Shown one piece after another: positions 54,760 to 64,000 of a stretch of DNA of 64,000 nucleotides. The stretch lies in the NCBI GenBank assembly GCA_012295275.1, contig CM022672.1:29388001-29452000 (forward strand). Reading direction: 5' to 3'. A program made the position numbers and the translations under genes. The stretch is from Chrysomallon squamiferum. Lineage: Eukaryota > Animalia > Mollusca. The notes under the pieces were generated by a model. That model saw nothing but the letters and a program-made list of their open reading frames with translations. It was not told the origin of the DNA and did no database searches. The number at the start of each line of letters is the position of its first letter. Within the stretch, counting starts at the first letter, position 1.

Positions 54760-56086
54760 GATCAATAATAATATAAAATATCTACATTTATTAATATAAA
54801 TATCAGAACAGTTTTTAGGGTACAGAAATAAAACCAATCCTTATTAAAATATATATGAATATAGACAATTTAACTCAGTTTACATTTTGATTAGTCCGGA
54901 TAAATCAGTCAGTCAATGGATGAATGAACAGGAATAATCAAAATTAAAATATTGATATGAAATATCATAATTAGGTTTATTCTAATATGTTAATATCAGT
55001 GTTACGTTTAGGATATACAACAAAAACCGTTATTGAAAAACTTGTATCTAATTTAATTTTCTGAAAGGTTCAAATCATGATTTGCAGAGCGTCCTTGTAA
55101 AAAATATTTCTTTTTATTTGTCCACATCAGAAATGCGCGCGCGCGTGTCTATGTATCTGTGTGTGCGTGCAAGAGAGTGTGTATGTGCGTGTGCTCAAAA
55201 GACGACCCAGTAACCCATCATTTCTTCACGTTTCACTTTCTCGAAACTGGAAAAAAAATAGAAAAAAGTTTTCAAAATCCAGTATAGGCATTTTCTCATA
55301 AAAAGTTCACCTAAAAGATCCCAAGCAACTAATCGAAATCATCGCCATCATCATCAGAAACAGCAGCAACAGCAGCAACAGCAGCAACAGCAGCAGCAAC
55401 ATCAACACAAATTCTTAACTTTTGTGAGGTCCGTGAAATTGAAAATTAAAAATGTGTTCAATTTCGCGGTAGACTTCTTGTATTGCATAATGTTAGGTAA
55501 CGTATGACAACAACGACAATTAAAAAGTTCATCTAAATAAATAAAAGTATATATAAAAACAAGAACAACAATAGAGGGAAAAAAAAAAAAAAAAAAAAAA
55601 AAATAAAATAAAATAAAATAAAATAAAATAAAATAAAAAAAAAAAAAAAAAATAAAATAAGAATAAAATAAAAAAAATTAACAAGGTAACGTAAAGCATT
55701 TAACATTGTAAGTAAAATCTATATGTTGTTGTTTTAAACATGTTCACTTTAATTATATTAAGTATATGCAAGAAAAATATCGAAGTCAGTCAAGTAAAAT
55801 ACCTTGAATAAATAAATCTTATTTGAACGTGTACAACTATATCGAAAAAAATATTAACATTAAAATAAATACAACTAAACGTAAAATAAGGTAAACAGTT
55901 AACTAACAAATAACGAAAACCTGTTTCAGCGTGTACAAGCCTCAAAATTATAGACTTGTCCGCATGATCAATCATTCGGAACAAAACGATAATTCCTTTG
56001 TCAATCATGCCTTATCTTTTATCTGCCGGCTAAGCAACGATAAACACTACACTTCATTGACTGTCTGTCACTTGATTAATGCGACT

Positions 56087-56122
56087 ATGGATGTACCTCG
56101 TTCCACTTCGTGCAAATTACAG
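56087..56122 (+). CDS. Candidate first coding exon A of the plus-strand gene (MDVPRSTSCKLQ)
   Basis: ATG in good context (actATGG), 12 codons, strong donor CAG|GTAAGA, phase 0 and in frame with the 60717 exon. Confidence 0.55.
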
Positions 56123-56784
56123 GTAAGATTTGAAAAAAAATATAAAACAATAAAAAAAATTATCTGCAGTTATTAATTCTCAAAAACCAAGATAAAAAAG
56201 ATAATAAGTGATTTTTTATAAGGTATTTGAAAATTTATCAAAAGTTTCTTCGGAAGTAATTTTCGGGACAAAATAAGACATTAGATTATTATTATTATTA
56301 TTATTATTGCTGTTTTTGTAGTTACCTAATTTAATTTTACGATGATAATATGGAAAATAAAAAAAATAATAACGATAAAAAAATGTCCAAATTAATGTAG
56401 GAATCTTTATTTATTTATTTATTTATTTATTTATTATTATTATTATTAAATTTTTTATTTTATAAATATATATTTTTTAAAGATTAGAGATTTTATTTAT
56501 TTAACAGTGCACATGCGCAGCTGAAGGTGCATTACTGTGATACGACTCGCGTAAACAATTGAAAGCACGTCATTCAATTCTACTTTCATAAAAACACCGT
56601 AGTAGCAATATTTGGCTATCAAATATTCAGAGGACTATCTTAACACAAAATATTTATTTATTTACTGTTAAATAAAACTTTAATAAATAGGGGAAAAAGA
56701 AGAAAAAAAATGTTTTGAAAATCGCGTTGAGTAGGTGCTCCTATATTTGCACGCTCGGAAAAGGAAGGCACGTGAAAATTAAAC

Positions 56785-56820
56785 ATGGCGATTTACATTT
56801 TGAACAATAGAACTAAAAAG
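56785..56820 (+). CDS. Candidate alternative first coding exon B (MAIYILNNRTKK)
   Basis: aaacATGGCG (Kozak/YY1-like), 12 codons, donor AAG|GTAATG, phase 0 and in frame with the 60717 exon. An E-box CACGTG lies just upstream. Confidence 0.5.
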
Positions 56821-59425
56821 GTAATGCTTTTTGACACTAATAACAAAAGTTTTTATTTTAAATAAATGTATTATTTTCTTATAATAATTTTAGAATAATT
56901 ACAGAATAAATAAAAATTCAAATTATAGTATTGTTATTATGCATATTTCTTCTACCACTAACAATATTTTAATTATTTATTTTTAGACGTAACAGGTAAA
57001 TTAATTTTAAAATGAAATTTCCCATAGCATATTACATGGTTAAAGTTATGCCTGGAAGTAAAACAGCCGTCCTGATTTTGAACATGACGTTCCCAGTTAC
57101 CAGAGGGACTTCAACAACAGCTGTTCAATTTTCTTTATCAAAAATGGTTAAACCGATGACTAAACGCGTCTTTAACTCACTTAAAAAATGCAGAGTCGTA
57201 AAAGCAACCGATATCTTTGAAATGAACTTTCTGCAATAACTCATTTTACTCAACGAAAATATTGCAATAAAGTCCACGTTTTCTACAGATAATTGTCAGA
57301 AAATTGTAAATTCAAATTAGTACAAGTATGAAGAGTTTGGGTTAAAACACCAGAGGCTAATTTTCTTTTCATTGTCCATTGGCCTTCCTATTAGAATTGT
57401 ATCAACCAGTATTTTATTTTATTTCATTTTATTTTATTTTATTATTTTTTTTCACACAGTCTCTAAACTGAACTAACCAGAGCATAGTTACTCACTAACT
57501 TTTGAAATGGAAATATTTTTTATCATTGCTCGAAAATGCCCGCTTGTTATTTTGCCACATTGACATTATATTATTATTTATTTTTGTTATTATTATTGTT
57601 ATTATTGTTATTGTTATTATTGTTATTATTATTATTGTTATTATTATTAAATAATCTATTTGTACCACAGTTTATAAGTGGTTTGGTTGCAGATTAACTA
57701 GTGTGTTAGAGTTGAGAAAAATGCTTTTTCAGATTTGCCTCACTTTCGTTAAATCCGGAACCGATTAGATGTCTGATGTATATTTTATTTGATAGAAATT
57801 TTAGTCAGAATGATAAAAGTTCAATGAAACCAGATTTTTGAAAATGAGGCAATGAACTGATGAAAGGCTAATGCTCATAAAGACATTTGTATTCTTTTTT
57901 TCTTTTTTTTTAAACATTTCTAAATTGTGTGGTATGAGAAAAAGAAAAAGAAAAAAAAAAGCATTCAGGGATGACATCATGTTATTTAAATTCTTAAAGC
58001 AAATGTTGTTAAACACTGATTCATTCAAAACGTGAAACCACAAAAATAGGATTATCCTGAATTAAAAGCTAATCAATCTCTCTGTTAGAAGGATAAATTA
58101 AAAACTCCTTGTTGCTTACTGACACCTTTGACATGAAGTATTAGTAATTTATCTAACAACACTGTGTACTGGGGTATTAATAAATATTCATTACATTCAT
58201 TCTGCTTAAAAATAACACCACTCTGATATTTTTGTCACTTCTGTTACTTCTTATTACAACTATACATTTTTACTACTGTTATTAGTATTACTGTTACTAC
58301 TACTATTACTACTAGTATTACTGTTACTGCTAGTATGATTAGTACTATTACCATACTATTATTATTACAATTAATGCTACCTCTACTAATTCTACTGCTA
58401 CTGTTATTATTAACACTACTATGACTATTACCATTATCATTCCAGTAGTAGTACTATTATGAATATTATGACTATTATCATACTGCTGGTGCTGCTGCTT
58501 GACAACTACAACTATTACTACTATCATTACTACTTCAATTACTACTTCCATTTGCTTAATTACAGATATTATCTTTAAACACAGTCACCTACACTCTCAC
58601 AGGCCCAGTTGTCTACTGCTTTGTGTTATTCGTAACACTCTAAAGATTGGATTAATTTTGTCAAACTGTATTCATGCTCTGTTTAACCTTATTGAACTCT
58701 TTATTTATCACTGTTTAATGTTCTACTCGCTCACCTGTTCATAATCAGGTACCTTAGACTGCTCGTTAATACCTGATATGAAAGGCAGGTGAGTCTGTAT
58801 GTAGTAAAACTAGTTTCTGCTGATGATTAAGGAGTTGGTGGTTAAATCTGTACATAAGAAAAATTTTAAGAGGATTAAAGACTCGTATTCAGATAACAGG
58901 TAAATTGGTTTTACCTTTTAAAAAACTTCAGATCAAATGTCTGTAAATAATGGATATCTGTAACATGTAAATGAGTTTTGGTAAGTTAAAAAGTTGATTG
59001 AATTATAGGTAATGCTGTTCTTAAGAAGTATCAAAGATCAATACAAATAAAAAGTGAATGATAACCTTCAGAATAAATCTTAAAAGGATCAAATATTTGT
59101 ACTAATGAAAGGTATTTTGTTATCCTTAAATGATAAGGTAAATGTTGAATGAATTTTGGGTAAAGGTGAACCTAGAAAACAAGTTTTGAAAAAGGAAATC
59201 AAAGATGAATGCTATTAAGATGTAAAATTGCTTTCAAAAGATTGATTATCAATAGAAGAGTTAGATAAATGAATTAGAAGAATAACTTGTATATGAATTA
59301 ATGGGTAAATTTGTTTTGCAGAGGAAATATTAGTTGTCCTGATATCAAAAAATAAAATTATTAAAATTTGCATTAAGAAAAAGGTTCTTATAAGACCATT
59401 TATGCATGATTGTATGAAATGTTTT

Positions 59426-59527
59426 AGGAATAGGAATAGAAAAAAAATTAATGTGCTAATCAGAGCAAGCTGTTGTGAAGCACATCTGCGACGCTTTCTG
59501 ACAGGTCAGCGGGCGTGTCCGTCGCAG
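59426..59527 (-). mobile_element. Short retroposed element with 12-bp TSD and stem-loops
   Basis: Flanked by ATGAAATGTTTT direct repeats (59414-59425, 59528-59539), with a T-run plus (CTATTC) tail on the minus strand. A second copy lies at 40229-40299. Confidence 0.65.
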
Positions 59528-60716
59528 ATGAAATGTTTTGAGAAGATTAGAGTTAAATACTAATATAGTAACAAAACAAATCTTTAGCTATTCAAAACAT
59601 TTATAACTTTAAGAGAATTGCAAGGTATTGTTATGCCTTGCAAATAAGTATTTAGCATGAAAAGACTTGGGAAGTTTAAAGTTACTGTGACTTGTAGATA
59701 AACATCTTATCACTGTTAGCACATTTTGAAAAGATCACAATAACTGAATTAAATGATATTTATATTAGAGGTAAATGCGTTGCCTATGTAAATAATAATA
59801 TAAGAAAACAAATTCAAAATTACTTGACAACAATAAGATTTCAGAAGACAGTAGCTGGAAATCTTTTTTTTTTCAATCCTTTTTTGGCTATACTATTGAA
59901 GATGAATATGATCATGAGTATCCTTTGTCTGATCATTGTTAAAGATTCCCAGAATTTATGATTTAGAGCTTGTCTTCTGTCAAAACTTTGTCAGTTTTTC
60001 TCTGAGTTTGAATATCAGGAAATTGCCTCTCAATTCTAGTAATTTATTTAATTTTATTTGTTGAAGATTATCAGTCATTATAAGTATGGTATTGGTCAAG
60101 AATACAAACTTAAGAATCTGTGTGTAAATAATTATGGTATTCTGTCAGATGTTTCTAGGACTAGTAGTAAACTCTTGATGTAGATAACTTCGTAGTATCT
60201 GTTTTATCAGATTTTAAACTTATTTTATAACAGTGCTTTCCACTATGCATCTTCTGAGAAACCTTTCCTTTACAGTTATTAAATTTCTTTCATTCTTGTT
60301 TATTTAATCTCTGTGTATCATATAACAAAACCTTCTGACACCATAATCTTTACATGGTACTGATCCATCTAACTCTTGTTAAAAACATCCAGCACAGTTA
60401 TTCCTGTGGTTTATTCAAAATGATGTTGTATTTAGTTTCTCTAAGACATTGTTAAATAAAACATTTCTTTCTGCTTTAAGTTTTGAGTTTTGGTGTCAGG
60501 TACAATTAGCCAAATCTTGTAAAATATCCACCATAAAAAGTCAAAATACTCAGTAATTACAACAGTAATTATCACAGTAATTCAACGCTTAGATTTCTTG
60601 TCTACTATCATACATGTCACACACATACACACCGATATGCAGGCAGTATTCTTTTAAACACCTGCACACGTACAGAGTCAGGAGTGGACACTTAACTGTA
60701 TTTTCTCCTCTTGCAG

Positions 60717-62025
60717 GGTTTTCTGTCCCGGCACAGAATGGACAGGTTGAAGCCCGAGCGGGCTCCTCGGCAGCGGATCCAGACAGTCTGGCGTAACGTT
60801 ACGTGGGCAGACGCTTTCTCAGACGATTCCTTAATCATGGATACAATTGACATCACACCAGACTTTGCTCTTCGTAAAATCACTTTACTCTTTGAGAACA
60901 AGAAATATGAAGAATGTGCAGGACTAATTCGTAGACTCAATGAACTGGCTGTGGGTGCCATTCTCAGTGAAGTTCCAATCGAAGTTCTTCACGAAGCTCT
61001 CCCACAGAGCATATGCATTCTTGAAGCTCTGTATTTAAAAGTGTTTCAGTCCTGTGAAACTAATTTTCCACTTGAGCAGATGAAGACTGAGCAGCTCATA
61101 AAACAAATTGTTTGTCTTTTTGCAAAAGACGTGCACACAAACTCAAACGGTGCCAAAAACTGCAACATGTTCCTTCCCTCCTGTCGAACAATTCTAAGGA
61201 TTGTGATGACTGTTGAGCCAGAGTTCAGACACCACATTGTCCAGAGGAAGAAAGTGCTTGACCATTGCATGAAACGACTGGCAAAGCATGGCATGGTGGA
61301 TTCGTCAGGAGGTAATTACATGTATCTTCACGATGCTCTCAAACTTGAGTTTGAGAAAGTCATTACTCAGCTCAAATGTGCAATTCAGAAACTGGAGCAG
61401 CTGAGTCTGGCTACCAAACACCCCACCTCAACATCCTTGACCTCTGGTAAGGCACCCATATGTGCTAGTCACCAGAGACTGATGCAGGTCACAAGATCGG
61501 ATGTTCAGGACAGGGTCATCAAGAACAAGACACTGTACAACATAGTGGAACCTGCCATTAAAAACCAATACCTGAACAAACTGATCAGAGTGCTGTGCAA
61601 GCGGATTGAGTACGACAAGGTAATGCTTTTTCATGACACTGAGTTACGAAAGATGGCCGGACTAACAGACGATGACACGTACTTGTCAGTGACGTTGCGG
61701 CAGTTCTCACAGGGCTACACGATGATGCTGCAGCTGCTAAAAGAGATCAGTGGTGATGAAGCTGAAAGCAAAACTGATAGTGGTACTGTCAGCTCTAGTG
61801 ACGATGAAAATGACGACGATGATGATGATGAAGAACTGAAAAGTCACATGCGGAATGAGAAGCTTGTGAGCATGAATGGCAACCTGCCTGCCAGGAGTCG
61901 TCATGACACCGTGGACATCAGGAAGATTCAGCCGGTGAAGGAGGTGTCGGAGGAAGTGAAGAGGAACAGGCGTGAAGCTGATCAAGTTCTGAACTCGGGA
62001 AATGGCTGGTTTGTCCTTGACTCAG
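60717..62025 (+). CDS. Large coding exon of a conserved invertebrate helical protein, probably MIEAP/SPATA18 (mitochondria-eating protein)-related family; gene continues beyond the window
   Basis: 448-aa ORF with strong acceptor ttttctcctcttgcag|G and donor CAG|GTTCGT (phase 1). Motifs ALRKITLLFEN, ILEALYLKVF, LHDALKLEFE, ASHQR, VIKNKTLYNIVEP and RIEYDK recall an invertebrate family annotated as MIEAP-related. That family label is from memory; the MIEAP domain itself is not in the window. Confidence 0.8.
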
Positions 62026-62064
62026 GTTCGTGGTTCTCTTCTAGAGTTTCTCATTAAATATCAT

Positions 62065-62099
<35 letters not shown>

Positions 62100-62328
62100 T
62101 TAAGTATTATTATTATTGTCATATTCATCATCATATTCATCATCATATTCATCATCATTTTCATCATCATCATCATCATTATTATTATTATTATTATTAT
62201 TATCTTCATTATTATTCTTAACATCATTATATTTCTTATTATTTTTGTTAATGAAAAAGTCTGAGTAAAAAACCATATTGCCTCTTATAGTTGATGATTG
62301 GCAAAAAGTATTTTTTTTATCAACAAGA

Positions 62329-62594
62329 AATAGCATGCAGAAAGGGGGCCAAAGGGGTGGTCCCATCAAAAGGGGGGGCATCCTACCAGAAAAAAGAACT
62401 TAATAAATTTGGTTGGTTTATATTTAAATGAAATAAAGTGTTTTATTTTATGTTTCATTTGTGTTCACATATTCAAAATATTCATATTCTTCCTTTCTCA
62501 TGATATGTCTCAGTACTAGGCCATATACTTGAGCATTTGAGGCATACAATCAAGGAGTTGGCCCCAGGCATCACCAGATCTCTGCATACCACTG
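62329..62594. mobile_element. Possible decayed MITE
   Basis: Imperfect inverted ends TAGCATGCAGAAAG / TCTCTGCATACCACTG with G-rich and C-rich subterminal blocks. Confidence 0.35.
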
Positions 62595-64000
62595 AATAAC
62601 ACATTACACCTTTGTGTGGTACTTAAACAACAGATACATTTTAACTCAGTGAGCACCCCACTGTATTCCAGTGGGGAGTTATAATAGATACTATGATAAT
62701 TTCTAATGTACAAATGCTTTTAATATCATCACAACTTCTACAGTGAATATGTAAAGTAACCTAGAGATAACAGCCTTCAAAATTATTTAAAATAGGATGT
62801 TAGGAAAGAAAATTGAAGTTTCTTACAAAGTTTAAACCAAACAGGTATTTGAGAATATATAAAACATTTAAATTATGGTATTTCTTAACCTATCTCAAAA
62901 TATAAATTTAACAAGAAACAAAACAGGAAAAAAAGACAATCATTGGAAATTTATGTAGCCTCTTTATTCTTACTAGTATGGACATGCACACTAAAAACAA
63001 ATTAATTGAAACTTTATAAAACAAACAGTTTCTTGAATATAATAACTGATATTATATACTACAAATTTATATCAGATTAAAAAAATCTCTTCAGACATTT
63101 TCAGTGTGACACTTTTAGGAGAAGTCAGTTATTCTGAAGTGTCTGAATTTTTTAATATTTTTTATTTTACATATTTATTTACAAACTGCTGCAGGAGTAC
63201 TTGAAGACACAATCAAAACTTCACTATAAAGGACTCAATGTGTTCTCACCAACACAAATACACTTAAATAAAGCAATCACTTGTAAACTATGTTCTTACA
63301 ACAACAGCAGGTACATTTCAGAGTATATTTGTACTAAAGGAACAAAGAAACCAGGCTCAACATGTGAGATTAATTGACCGTGATGGTCATGGGTTGTCTG
63401 TAGTACAGTTCAGAGTGTCTCACTCCGTAGATTTTATTTCTTGTGTGTGATATACTGACTCAAGCAAATCAAATCATCTGCTGTTGATGGTTTGATCTGA
63501 GACATGTTTGAGGATTAAGAGATGAAGGATAATAACCGTATCTAATCTGGTTTGACACTCAGTCAGTTTGAAATCTGTCACCTTATGAATGGACAATTAG
63601 ATTTTACTTCTTTTTTAAATTTGAGACAGGTCCAGGCAGGAAGCATAGTGTACTGCTTGGGTAACACTGTCAGGCAGGGTTGTTTTTGCCAGAAGGGTGA
63701 AAGAGTTAAAATATCAAATGTAAAAATAACTTAAGAGTATAGAAATATAAAATTAAAATAATAACAAATTTGTTTTCACTGATTTATATTTTTTAAATTC
63801 TGAATAACAAAGTAAATTTTTGGCAGTCCACTGAACTGTGTGTATGATTTCAAACAAAGCTGTTCCAGGGATTTCATATTTTCTCTTTTCTTTTTGTCAG
63901 TGGTAACCACAGAAGAAACATAATAACAGCAGATTCAAGATAAGTTAATTTCTGGCAGAAATCCCACTCAAAAGCAGGGTTATTTCTAAACGTTTTTGTA

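Noticed and set aside
55360-55405. CAG/CAA repeat as a polyQ exon
   Set aside because: No convincing splice sites or extended ORF.
57012-57239. 75-aa ATG-initiated ORF in the plus-strand gene's intron
   Set aside because: No recognisable motif or splice context; length is compatible with chance.

Overview
AT-rich, microsatellite-dense animal genomic DNA with spliceosomal introns, probably from an invertebrate. The SINE remnants and mosaic CpG depletion suggest a mollusc, but that is inference. Two protein-coding genes are supported. (1) On the minus strand is a complete 3-exon SIMC1-like gene (CDS 40937-40788, 15103-12613, 11806-11598; 949 aa). It has N-terminal SUMO-interacting motifs, a C-terminal Nse5-like domain, a 25.7 kb first intron and a uORF-rich leader. 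(2) On the plus strand is the 5' part of a probable MIEAP/SPATA18-related gene, with a large exon at 60717-62025 and two alternative 12-codon first exons. A probable non-coding first exon of a third gene running off the left edge lies at about 1395-1650. The rest contains many transposon relics: a Ginger1-type element with TGT..ACA ends and a CCGG TSD, an internally deleted mariner, a Tc1 foldback made of two 3' ends, an element with an 8-bp TSD nested in a hAT MITE, a long-TIR MITE, LINE RT remnants and SINEs. It also holds a near-identical 600 bp inverted duplication and several hairpins. Most short ORFs in the supplied track are microsatellite or antisense artefacts. Family assignments come from recalled sequence similarity, not from database searches.
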